From NCBI GenBank assembly GCA_038087875.1, contig CM075988.1:11348001-11412000 (forward strand): a stretch of 64,000 nucleotides of DNA. Reading direction: 5' to 3'. Origin of the DNA: Malacoraja senta (lineage: Eukaryota). The position numbers and the translations under genes were made by a program. The first letter of the stretch is position 1; each line of letters starts with the position of its first letter. Shown one piece after another: positions 23,882 to 36,249 of the stretch. The notes beneath the pieces are model-generated. The model made no database searches, was not told the DNA's origin, and saw nothing but the letters and a program-made list of their open reading frames with translations.

Positions 23882-24100
23882 CCCTTTTCTCTCTCTCTCT
23901 GTTTCTCTCTCTCTCTCTCCCTCTCCCTCTCCCTCTCCCTCTCCCTCTCCCTCTCCCTCTCCCTCTCCCTCTCCCTCTCCCTCTCCCTCTCCCTCTCCCT
24001 CTCCCTCTCCCTCTCCCTCTCCCTCTCCCTCTCCCTCTCCCTCCCCCCACCCCCTCCCCCCCTCCCCCTATCTCTCCCCCCCCCCCCTCTCTCTCCCTCC
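23882..24100 (+). repeat. (CTCTCC)n hexamer microsatellite
   Basis: About 20 perfect ctctcc units flanked by CT and C runs. Confidence 0.97.
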
Positions 24101-24309
24101 AAATTATTCAATATAAATGGATGTCTAATAAGCCAGTAAATGTTTTCCTGGAATTGTGATCCCAGTTCCCGATGTCTATGCTGCATTTACATGCAGGCAC
24201 AACTGGACATGTGTAGTTAATTAAAGCAAATTGCATGCAGCACACATTTTATTGTTACTTAACATGTTTGCTCTGTAATTACAAAGCTTGGAACAGCCTT
24301 TACACTTCA

Positions 24310-24580
24310 GTGTGGAAACAGATCCTTCGGCCCATCCAGTCCACTCAGACCAGCAATCACCCCGTACACCAGCACTATCCGACACACTAGTGACAATTTA
24401 CAGAAGCTAATTAACCTATAAACCTGTACGTCTTTTGAGTGTTGCAGGAAATTGGAGCACACGTAGAAAACGCACGCAGTCGCAATGAGAACATACAAAC
24501 CCCATACAGACAAGCACCCATAGTCAGGATCGCACCCGGGTCTCTGGCGCTGTAAGGCAGCAACTCTACCACTGTGCCAC
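24310..24580 (-). mobile_element. HE1-type V-SINE
   Basis: ggaaacagatccttcggccc...gtcaggatcgcacccgggtctctggcgctgtaaggcagcaactctacc. Confidence 0.9.
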
Positions 24581-25913
24581 TTTGCCTAGTGCTTGCATGT
24601 AAACATAAACCCAAGTGTTATTGTGTTTGGAATTAGTTAAACCTGATGTAACCTGATCAACTAATAGGTAGATTAAGTGTTTGTTTCCACCCCCATCTCT
24701 CCCTCTGTCCTGAAGCCCAACAATCACACAACCCTTACTGACACCATTCATAGATTCACCATTTTAATCCATCACCCCATTCACTATACTCTTTTGATTG
24801 CTTTTCTGAGTGCCATCCATCTCACGTCAGCACCAACTACAGTCCCATCACCTCTCAGCCAACACCAATCAAATACAGCCTATACCCTTCTGACCAAACT
24901 TTGTTCTCAGCCCAATGATTAAACTCCATCACCAGCCCCACAACCAAGCCAATTTGGTTTTGATCCAACCTCCCCTTCTGTCCGAATGACCCCTTTCTTC
25001 TCCCCACCCTTATCCTCAGGTCATTTAAGCCTCTTCCACATAATAAAGTCACAGAGACAGACAGCACGAAAACAGTCCCAAACTCCCAACTTGCCCATGG
25101 TTAGGATTCACCATGATGCCTCAACTATACTAGTCTTACCTGCCCGCGTTTCGCACATATCCTTATAAACCTTTCTGATCCATGTACCTGTGCATATACC
25201 AATGTTGCTAATTTTATAAAATTCTTCATATCTTGGTTCCAGTCAAAGCGTTTCTGATACGTTGAATGCATGAGTTGAGGGATTGCTATCACACTTAATG
25301 TTGTATTTTAACCATGGTGCCTCATGACTCCTGATTAACTAGCTGTTAACCTGCATGGACCGACTTTCATTTTTACAACCATCACTGCCACAATATGATC
25401 ATCTTGTTGTGTCCAGGAGACGTATTTGTAGAGCACAGACTGTTTTGTGAATTGTGGTGACAGGTGCTCCTCCATTACTGAAATAATCTTTTGATAGTAA
25501 TCATATATAGAATATTGATGCAAATATGGAAATGTAGTATTGTTGATTGAAGTAATCATATATGGGAAATCAGTGCAAGAATTGACATTGTTTATTGTGT
25601 AAACCCTGTAAATAGTCATAAGATCTAATGTATCATGTTAATATTGTGAGTATACTTGCACTATTTTTTAAATGGTTGTACTGTCAATAGGTCTTGTCCT
25701 CAGTTCTATTCAGTGTGAAAGCTACCTTCTGTCCATGTGATAAAATAACTACACATACTCATACATGCTTAATTTCACTTCAAAATAAACTCAATAAGTG
25801 ATAAAGTATATCTTTGATGGACCACTTTCCATAGAATCTACATCTTGAGTCTGGCATTTCAGATACATTGTTCTCTGCATTAATGTCTTCTGATTCACCA
25901 GGGATTACACTAA

Positions 25914-26291
25914 GCCTTGCCGTGTACTAGTGTGGCTGGGTTTGGCCAACTGCTGCAGAGGAATTTAGGGATTTGCATCATTTTATTTTTGAAGTCATGT
26001 CAGTTCCTTGCCCTGAAATCTGAATTTAAAAGTGAAAATGTCAAGGTACCTAGAAGGGTCTTGAAGAAGGGTCTCGATCCGAAACGTCACCTATTCCTTT
26101 GCTCCATAGATGCTGCCTCACCCGCTGTGTTTCTCCATCATTTTTGTCTACCTTCGATTGTTCCAGCATCTGCAGTTCCTTCTTAAAGATATCTAGGTTT
26201 CCTTCATTTGCAGATATGCCTTGCTTCTCACTGAGGTGTAATTAGGTCACTGGAAATGATATTTGAACAACCAAAAAATACAACAAAAAAA
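25914..26291 (+). repeat. Copy 1 of an about 375-bp direct duplication containing a Penelope pLTR (about 26053-26187)
   Basis: Almost identical to 27638-28013. Confidence 0.95.
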
Positions 26292-27637
26292 CTTGTTTTC
26301 AGATTTATTTCAGTATTACTTCCCAATAACTGCAACAGTCAATACTTTCAGTATCTGTGGATGAATCCTATTGAAATAAACATGGGCCAGGTGGAGAATT
26401 AGGAATTTGACAATCGTGACCTGCAACATACATCCATTTTCCCTAATTCACATTCTAAATGTTGAATTTGTTGTGATGCAAGTAATCTGGTTCCCATCAG
26501 TCCACCTCTCTGATCACTTAAGTCAGAATACAATTGCTGGATGCAAGATGCATCATTTCTGAATTGTCCAGGTACTTCATCTCATGACCACTGCCGTAAC
26601 CTCAATATTACCTTCTCAAATCATGAATTAATCATTGCATTTATTTTCAATGAGGTGAAAATTCCTCACATTGGCGTAAAATGCTCAAGGATCATAAATA
26701 ATATCTGAGCGAGCCCACTAAAGATGGAGTCCTATTTTCTGTGGTGTTTTAATGTAATGCAGCTTTCCTGCAGCTCTGTATTGTTTAACAATTTAATCCT
26801 TCATGAATTTGACTGAAAGGATTATCACTACTTAGAGTACAGTGAAGTGACTCAATAAATGGAGAACGTTGAAAGCGATGAAGGCAAAATATCTGCAAAA
26901 CTCTTCAAAACATATCCGTGACTGATGACAAATTATTCTCCTAAAAGCATCTGAGAGTAATAAATATTTAAATAGAAATCTAATGTCTGGAAGCTCATGA
27001 ATTTTGTTCGCTAATTCACGATTCCCTGTTAGATGTTTCACTGAATCATTGATAGGCTTGCTGCAATCTACAGTGTTTTCACTTTAACAAGAATGCACAA
27101 CACATGAAGGACTTCCCACTGTTTAGAGCTGAATTTCTCTACAACTCATCGCTGTTGAGAGGACAAAAGGCCATGAGTGACCTACAGAAAGCAAAGACAT
27201 TTCATGCATCAGTACTGAATCTTTGAGACCTGACTGCTATCACCTGGTTCCCTTGGCAACCAGGATGTCTGTGTATATTAAAAATCTCTAAATGTTGGCA
27301 TGAGTGATGTGGCAGAAGAAATTATTCAGAGGCTGATGGGTTGAAATAATGTGTCTTGGCAGTAAATACATTCGGTGGTGAAAAGTTTGCTTGAAAACAT
27401 TGTAAGTCAATGTAAACAAGCCTTTGTGAGATGAGACTCCCCAAACTGCAATCTTATTTTTGTTTCTCTATTCCTACTTTGAAGATTCATTACTTTTGAT
27501 GTCAAGAAAAATATTAGTCAGTAGGTTCTGTTTATCATACAGTTATGAACTTGAACATAATTCGCATCCATCTGGCTAGAATGCCGTCTGAACAAGTTTG
27601 TAATATTTTAGGAGTGTTGTAGTCATCTGATAAATTT

Positions 27638-28013
27638 GCCATGCCATGTACTAGTGTGGCTGGGTTTGGCCAACTGCTGCAGAGGAATTTAGGGATTTGC
27701 ATCATTTTATTTTTGAAGTCATGTCAGTTCCTTGCCCTGAAATCTGAATTTAAAAGTGAAAATGTCAAGGTACCTAGAAGGGTCTTGAAGAAGGGTCTCG
27801 ATCCGAAACGTCACCTATTCCTTTGCTCCATAGATGCTGCCTCACCCGCTGTGTTCTCCATCATTTTTGTCTACCTTCGATTGTTCCAGCATCTGCAGTT
27901 CCTTCTTAAAGATATCTAGGTTTCCTTCATTTGCAGATATGCCTTGCTTCTCACTGAGGTGTAATTAGGTCACTGGAAATGATATTTGAACAACCAAAAA
28001 ATACAACAAAAAA
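27638..28013 (+). repeat. Copy 2 of the about 375-bp direct duplication
   Basis: Almost identical to 25914-26291 (offset 1724). Confidence 0.95.
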
Positions 28014-28844
28014 TTTGCAGAGTAAATCAATGTATCGGATGAATTATCAAGTATTAGTGGAGTCAGCAATAGGCTTATGCACTATAAGGAATGGCAGTGA
28101 CTTAGCACCATACCTTTAATATAAAGTAACCTAAGAAGCTCAGGGACTATAGCTTCTGCATTCATCTGTGACCTGGTAAATTGAATAAGCAGAGAATCAT
28201 GGAAGTCAAACATAGAAGTATAAATTCCCAGGCCTTATCTCCATTTACCTTTCAAAGATCTGGGATGCTGAGGAGCAGTTTTAATAATTCATATGATAAT
28301 ACTTTCCTGGCCCTGGAGTGGCCAAATAGATGTGTTAAGAATATATATTTTTGTTCCAGTGTGCACGGAGGCTAGTAAGTGAAGTGGAGTACATTTTTCA
28401 GAGTCATGTGGCTGCACAGTCATGCAGAGCTTATGAACAGAGTTGGCCTGGAAAACAACTGATTTACTGCACAGCCAAGGTTTTTTTTTGTTTGCTGGCG
28501 AAAGGAGGGATGTAATTGCAATCCAGTTAGTGCTTTGTTTTGAAAGTACAGTACATTCAGCACAGAAATAAATGACAACATAATTATTCCATTCTGGAGT
28601 TTACACTCCACTTAAGCTTCTTTCATCCTTCTTAATCTCACTCTATCATCACAACACTCAGTTTCCTTCTCCCATACGTACATATTTGGCTTTGTCCATT
28701 TTGTTAACCTCAACCACTTTCTGTGATGCTGTCCCTGAAGAAGATTCAAATAGATTCCATGTAGTTTGACTCTTCTCTACAAGTGAAATCATTCCCTCCC
28801 TGTCAACTATATCAAACCCACTCTTAATATTAAACTTGTGATTA

Positions 28845-29152
28845 CCCTAAAATTGGAGAATTCAACATTCATACCGCTGGATTGCAAGTGACCCAAGCGA
28901 AATACGAGCTGTTGTTCCTCCAGTTTGTGCCTGGCCTCACTCTGGCAATGGAGGAGGCCTGGGATAGAAATGTCAGTGTGGGAATGGGAAGAGGAGTTTA
29001 AATGGTTTGCAGCCGGGAAATCTGGTAGGTCTTGGCGGACCGAGCGTAAGTGTTCAGTGAATGTCTATGCTTGGTGTACAGGAGCCCACTTTGTAAACAC
29101 CGGATACAGTAGATGAGGTTAGAGGTTAGAGGAGGTGCATGTGAACCTCTGG
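28845..29152 (-). mobile_element. Penelope GIY-YIG fragment
   Basis: Homologous to 570-870 (aaattggagaattcaacattc...ggaggaggcc...gtgaacctct). Confidence 0.8.
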
Positions 29153-29812
29153 CTATGGATAACAGGTTCACATGCCTATGTATACCTGTCTATGTATAAC
29201 AGAGGTTCAATAGAAGAGAGACCCAGTCTGTTCCACCCATTCCCAATCAGCAGTGTTGGGAACATCCTTCCTAAAAATAATAAGTTGATTTCTTGGGATG
29301 GCGGTGAAAGGCAGTTCATCTCAGTTCATCTCATTGAATTGAGAATTTGGATTTGCCTCTTTGGATACTCTCACTGCAAGGCAACAGAAGAAAGAACATA
29401 TGAACTAATGTTGTCCACAAAGACTTTTATGACATTTAGTAATGTGCGCATTCATATTTCCCTTCACCTTTGCCATTTTCCAATTGCTACCTTCATATGG
29501 ATGTGTTAATGATTCAAAAACAAATATCATGTCCATGGGCAATCTAAGCGGTTGTTTTATCTTTCTGGGATAAAGTATCACTAGGCAACTTCATCGCAGA
29601 GAGAATCATAATTTATCCCAAGTTTTATCTTCACCTAAAATCCAAACATGACAAGCCAACTGTTTTATATCTTCCCACTTTTTGCTATGAAACAGTTATT
29701 AACTGCAGCCAATGCCTTTGTTTAGTTAACGACCATTTCCCCTGAACTTAAATGAGGTGGAATTTCATTTTGCAAAGTTAAGCTTTGTTACTGGTGAGCA
29801 TTCCAAGTATGA

Positions 29813-30039
29813 ATAGGAAGAAATCACAGATGCTAGTTAACGCTGAAGATAAACACAAAATGCTGGAGTAACTCAACAGGTCAGGGGGCATCTCTGTAGA
29901 AAAGTTATAGGTGACATTTCAGGTCGAGACCCTTCTTCAGACTGAGGGAGAGTCTCGACCCAAAACGTCACCTCTTCCTTTTCTCCAAATATGCTGCTCG
30001 ATCCACTGAGTTACTCCAGCATTTTCTGTCTATCTTAGG
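29813..30039. mobile_element. Palindromic Penelope pLTR insertion with 11-bp TSD and hammerhead-like centre
   Basis: Inverted arms around cttcag-a-ctga; TSD TCCAAGTATGA at 29802-29812 and 30040-30050. Confidence 0.88.
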
Positions 30040-30265
30040 TCCAAGTATGAGGTACACAAGGGGTTAGGGGTTGCATGCCAGGATGCAATTCATCGACTAA
30101 AGGCCAAGTGGAGTAAATCATTTTATAACTTTGCCCTCCTCAATAGTCACTCGGCGAATGTTTGAGACATGGAGATGCTTGTTCATCCCATAAAGTTCAA
30201 GATTTTATACATTCCTCAAGAACCAATACATTTCAATTCCTCCAAGTAACTCTGTAGATTAAAAG

Positions 30266-31194
30266 TCGTCTTCTTGCGTCTGGCGTGCACAGCCTAAATT
30301 TGTAGATCAAGGGTAGATATCCAGGCCAGGACAGCATCAGTTTTCTGGATGGATGGCTTTGATGCCACCAGGGAAAAGCCTCAGTGGGCAGTCATTCACG
30401 ATGTGTGGGATGGTCTGGTCTGGAAGTCCGCAGTCGCAAGCAGGGCTGTCTGTCATCCCCCACTTGTGCAGGTGATGAGTCGATCTTGCATGGAGGGTGC
30501 GGATTCTGTTCAGGGTTAGCCATTGCTTGCGATGGAGGTCAAAACCTGGTGGTTTCACTGTGGGGTCTCTGTTGTTGGTATTGGCATCTTTACAGGCTCT
30601 GCACCACTCAGTCTTGGAATTAAAGTCTTCCAGGGATTTAACAGAAGACCAGAAGGGTTTCCAGGACTTCAGGTGCATGTTGGGCAGATTGTTCAAGTCA
30701 GCATGGATGGGAAGGTCAGGGCTAGCCTCGATGGTGCACCAATCTTTCAACATCCTCTCCCTTCTGCATATGTTGGGAGGGGCGATGTGAGAGAGGAAAG
30801 GGAGCCACTGCAAAGGTGTTAACTTAAGCGTCCCTATGATGACCCGCATTGCAGAGTTAAGGACAGTGTCAACTCGTTTGGTGTGGCAGCTATTAGCCCA
30901 AGCTGTTGAGCAAAACTCGGCTGTTGAGTAGACTCGGGCTAAGCTTGTGGTATGGAGGGTGTGTGCATTGGATCCCCAGCTGTTGCCTGCAAGTTTCCTG
31001 ATGATGTTGACCCTTGTTTTCAGTTTATCAGCCACCCTCTTCAGGTGTTCACGACAGGTGAGGGTGCGATCCAGGGTGACTCCGAGGTACTTGGGGAATT
31101 CTTCATTCTTCACCACAAAAGGATACTTTTTGCAACCTTCACGTGGTCCTCCCTGTTTTGACTCATGCAATCAACCCGACGTGCACAAACAAAA
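30266..31194 (-). mobile_element. Vingi/Ingi-like non-LTR retrotransposon, 5'-truncated with an inverted terminal segment
   Basis: PKYLGVTLDRTLT, LAGNSWG, VYSTAEFC, no RNase H, C-terminal CDC..QT..HI..DC; gaa/gac-type tail; TSD AGATTAAAAG at 30256-30265 and 31195-31204. Confidence 0.8.
31130..31172 (+). ncRNA. Partial HDV-like ribozyme (5' strand of P1 missing)
   Basis: P2 TTGCA/TGCAA, P3 ACC/GGT, L3 TTCACGT, P1 3' strand CCTCCCT, short P4 region and a C-containing J4/2. Confidence 0.55.
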
Positions 31195-32864
31195 AGATTA
31201 AAAGAAACAAGGATGGCTTCATTCAAAAGTGCACCAGAAACTTTAAAGAGCTGCAGTTAATGTTTTTATGCTTTGCCCTTCATCTTTCTTGACAATCTCA
31301 ATGAATGTGTAAAAGATTTGGATAGCCTTAATGTCTAGAATTTTGAAAACAGCTTATTGAACTGGAAGAAGTAGCCTGCCCCCTGAAGCAGTCATTAGTT
31401 AACTGTGCTTGAGTGGTTGTTGACTAATATTGACCAGTTAGCCCCTGAGATGCCAAAACAGAGAATTTCAAGCATTAATCATTCATTATATTGGGATAGA
31501 TTTATTAACTACCTTTGTTATGGTCCCTCTACCATTGTATGCAGGTAAAAGTCATTTCTTTCTCTCCAGCTGCAACACTCTGATAGAGTAGAACTGAAAT
31601 TAAAGACAATATTATTCATGTGTTATTGCCGATGATAAAGGAGAATAGCATTTCTGCCGCTAACATTTTATAAAGTACACAGACTGATAGTTTCTGAAAT
31701 GAGTTGCAAATGACTTTTTAATGAACGTGCAGCAACAAGGATATCATTATTAATTCAGCAGTGAGATTATGAAATATGAAGAACAGTCAGTTTATTGTCA
31801 GTCGGTGCTGGAGTCAAAATGTATATTCAATACTGAAATATTTCCCTCCCATTTACTTCTCCCTTCCAGCATAACATTTACTTCCCCCTTCCAGAGCAAC
31901 TTTCCAATCTCATTTGTCATGGGACACCACCAGCATCCCAGATGTCCTGAGTTTAAATGTCATCATTGTGAGCAGTGAGATTAATTTAATACAACTGGTA
32001 ATTTATGGGCTGGCAGCAGTTGCAAAAAAATCGAACTTAAAGGCTGCAGATTTATTCATGCCTTTCAGAGGACAGACCCTGCCATCAGTACCCAGTGCAG
32101 ACTGTGTGTCTGCATCATGTCAAATACTTAATGCCGTCAACATGACTAAAGATGGGTAGCTCTTGTTACCTTGTCTTCATTTTCCAAGAACAAAAGAAAG
32201 AAGCCTGAACATGTTTTCTACATGCATTCAAGGTTTCAGCTGCCCGGTTAATTTTATTGAACTCAAACATATGTCACGCAGTTATTTTTAGGAAAAAAAA
32301 TCTCTTTCTCACCAATCAGAAATGTAAACTGTCCCAGATCAGATAGATTAGCTTTCACTGAGGTCTGAATTCCAAGACTACTTAGGTTGCTGCCAGAGCA
32401 GGGAGATGTGCAATGTCAAGCTTTTTCATTCACTTTACGATTGATTTTTGGACGATGATTGAAATGTTGTGGATTAGATTTTGCAGTGTCACAGGGGGAA
32501 GTTTTCTGGTTTGATGAACCATTCATGGGAGACAATATTAATATCAAAACTTTCTCTGAACTTTCTTTCCAGGACCTAAGTTTTGAAAACGTTTTCTGTG
32601 TTATATGAATCTTTGAAACTTGTGGTACAAGCAAACGCCATTTGGCCCATCAAATGTATGCAACCATTCCTCCTGTAGCCTTTACTCTGCTATTGGATTC
32701 TATTTGCAGCCCTTTGCCAAATACAGGTGACTACTTGGGTCTTCTGGATTATCAGTAAGTCCTGGACATCCTTGTCCCAAGATGCACCAGCAGAAATCCT
32801 GGACCTATTTCAGTTGCATTTAACCATCGGTATTTGGCCTATAGAAGGGTCCCAATTCTATTTT

Positions 32865-33190
32865 GGCAGCAATATGGTGCAGCAGTAGAGTTGCTGCCTT
32901 ACAGCGAATGCAGCGCCAGAGACCCAGGTTTGAACCTGACTATGGGTGCTGTCTGTACGGAGTTTGTACGTTCTCCCCCTGACCTGCGTGGGTTTTCTCC
33001 GAGATCTTCGGTTTCCTCCCACACTCCAAAGACGTACATGTATGTAGGTAAATTGGCTTGGTAAATGTTTAAAAAAATTGTCCCTAATGTGTGTAGGATA
33101 GTGTTAATATGCGGGGATCACTAGTCGGCATGGAGCCGGTGGGCCAAAGGGCCTGTTTCCGCGCTGTATCTCTAAACTAAACTAAACTAA
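32865..33190 (+). mobile_element. HE1-type V-SINE, full length
   Basis: tggtgcagcagtagagttgctgccttacagc head, V-domain, (actaa)n tail. Confidence 0.92.
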
Positions 33191-33349
33191 TCTAATTCAA
33201 GACGGTACGTATCCATCTCTCCAGAGATACTGCCTGATCAGATGAGTTACACCAGCACTTTGGCTTATTTTTGGTCAACTAGCATCCACAGTTCTTAGTG
33301 TCCCCACTGGTATTTCCATGTAGCCCCATGTTTTGATGAACAGTTGATG

Positions 33350-34463
33350 TCTGCAAAAGGATATAGATAAGCTAGGTGAGTGGGCAACAACTTGGCAGAT
33401 GAAATTTAATACTAATAAATGTGAAGTCATTCACTTTGGGAAAAAAAATGATAGGGCAAGTTATTTTCTAAATGAGGTGGAGCTGCGTTGTAATGCAACG
33501 CAAAGGGATCTAGGGGTAGTAGTACATGAATCACTAAAAGTTAGTATGCAGGTGCAGCAAGCAATCAGGAAGGCCAATGGAGTTTTGGCCTTTATTGCTA
33601 GGGGGATTGAGTATAAAAACACGGAGGTCTTGCTGCAGCTGTACACAGTATTAGTGAGACCACATTTGGAATACTGTGTACAGTTCTGGGGTCCATACTT
33701 AAGAAAGGATGTACTGGCCCTGGAGGCAGTGCAGCGAAGGTTTACAAGATTAATTCCTGCAATGAGGGGATTGACATATGAGGAAAGGTTAAGTAGGCTG
33801 GAACTCTACTCTTTGGAGTTTAGAAGAATGAGAGGCGATCTCATTGAAACATATAAGATCGTGAGGGGCCTTGATCGGGTGGATGCACCGAGGATGTTCC
33901 CAATGATCGGGGAAACTAGAACTAGGGGACATAGTTGTAGAATAAGAGGGGGCTCTTTTAAAACTGAGATGAGGAAGAACTTCTTCACCCAGAGGGTGGT
34001 TAATTTATGGAATTCACTGCCCCAGGGAGCAGTGGAAGCAGAAACATTAAATATATTTAAGTCTAAAATAGATGTTTTTTTAGCTGCCAAGGGGATAAGG
34101 GGCTACGGGGAGAGGGCAGGGATATGGACCTAGGTATGGTTAGTATAGTAAGACCTGAGTGATCTCCTGGACAAGTGTCGATCGCCTGGATTGGGGTCGG
34201 AGAGGAATTTCCCAGATTTTTTTCCCGAATTGGACCTGGGTTTTTATCCGGTTTTTTGCCTCCCCCAGGAGATCACGCGGTTCTTGGGGTGGAGAGGGGT
34301 GATAGCGATATAAAGGGGAGGGTAGTGTCTTGTGTTCTGTGTCTTGTGTCTACTGTTTGTGGGTAAGGGTGTCTGTTTAGTGTTCAGCCATGAGCGAATG
34401 GCGGTGCGGGCTCGATGGGCCTGGTGGTCTACTCTCGCACCTACTTTCTATGTTTCTATGTTT
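33350..34463 (+). mobile_element. 5'-truncated CR1 LINE with open ORF2 C-terminus and a long structured 3'UTR
   Basis: ORF 33399..34133 MKFN..KCEVIHFG..VRPHLEYCVQFW..RVVNLWNSLP; tail ttctatgtttctatg. Confidence 0.95.
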
Positions 34464-34494
34464 AATTGGTTCCCTTGTCATTGGAATTAGTTGA

Positions 34495-34865
34495 TTGGGG
34501 GGGGGCGGGGTTGGGGGGAGGTGAGGAGTGGGAGAGCAGGCAGGGAGAGGGCTTATGGAGGGAGGGAGGGAGTGACTGAGGGTATGGGCAAGGAGAGGGA
34601 GGGAGAGGGGGAGGGAGTGGGGGAGGGGATGATCAGAGGGGAAAGAAGAGAGAGGGTGAAGAGGAGCGGGAGGTAGTGTTGGGGATGAGGGGGGATGGAG
34701 GAGGATAGGGGGTAGGAAGAGGGATGGCAAGGTAATGGAGGAGGGGAGGGGCAGAGAGAGGAGGGGAGGGACGGGTTAAGGGGAGGAAGCAGAGGAGGGT
34801 TGGTGGTGGGTGGGGAGAGGGAGGATAACGGAGGAGGGGAATAGGGGACTGAAGAGGGAGAATGA
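34495..34865 (+). repeat. G/A-rich low-complexity tract
   Basis: Dense GGGA/GGAG runs. Confidence 0.9.
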
Positions 34866-36249
34866 GATGCATTCACACTGATCTTATATTTTACAAGCTA
34901 TTGCCACATCAAGGCAGTTGGGAGCTATGGGTGAGTGGTGGAATATTGCATTGGGGGACCAGGCCTCCCGTGTGACAGGGCACTTAGTCTAGTCTTTTCT
35001 AAAAGTGAGTTGGCAGAACTGCACATTGTAGCCCTAATGTCAACATAAGCAAAAATATTGCTTGCATTATCTGTTTCTGCTGAGACTTCTCAATACCTGC
35101 ATAGCCTCCTCGCCTTCTCCCCAGTGAATGTGCCTATATATTGTAAAGTTTCACCAAGTAAGAATTTTATTGTTCTGGTCCCGAAGAACAGGAAGCTAAA
35201 CAGTCTTGACTCTTTCTATTTCTGTCCTTGTCTCCTCTTGGACATTGAATATCACAGTAATGCCAAGGCAATCAATTTCACCCTTGCCAGCACCATTTGG
35301 GATTCTTACAAACAAGAGTTAGGTCCAAGAATTGGAAACTTTAATAGAATGCCAATTGCTGAACAATGGACCTGGGGAAAACATAGATTGTTGACAGCCT
35401 GGTCCCTTGCTCAAATTTGCATAAAGTGCGAAGAGCATTCTTGAAATATGAAATATCAAAAGAGATTTGTCAGGGCTTGGACAACTTCCTTATCAAATCT
35501 ATAAAAGTTGTTGAGGCAAATGACAATGTTGATAACAATTGGAATTATAGTTACATTTTGGCAAGGTTTTTGATGCCATGCTTCAGTTGTCTGCGAAGTA
35601 AATGCACAATAAGGAAGATGTGATAAGGGAAACAGCATTTGCACAGCAGAAAAAAATAATCCTTGACAATTTGTTATGAAAAGAAAGTATGACTGGAGTT
35701 ATGTGGACATTACACTGGACAATAACTGAATGAGTCATTGGGGCTGGGAACAGTCTACATTTGTTCATCAAGATCTCTTCCAAAAGTCAATGTTAATTTG
35801 CACATTTTATGTCTTATCTAATCACATGCCATATAGACCAATGCTAATGCAATTTGCTCTTTGCTCTGAATGTATTTGAAATCGACTTGGACTGGAAACA
35901 AAGCTCTCTGTGTTTTAAGTTGTCACCTTAATTTGGGCTTTGATTCAATCGATCAGAAATAAGCCAAATATAATGAGATGTGGATAGGTTGACAACATGG
36001 ACTGTGGATTAGAAAATAGTTAAATCAACGACAAATGAGAAGAAAATAAGTTAACAATTGCACAATAAATCAAATAGATACAACTAAAGGTAGAGCAGAA
36101 AAATATCAAGGACATGGTTTTGGCGAAGTTATTACTCTTTCATATAACCATTGTTTGTCTGGAAAAGTCTGCAACCACTTTCTTGGGTAATATATTCGAG
36201 GGAACAAAAGGAATATGTGTTGTTGCTGAAAAGAAAAAGTATTTCACAA

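Noticed and set aside
34377..34876. Pro/Ser-rich ORFs
   Set aside because: They are translations of the G/A low-complexity tract.
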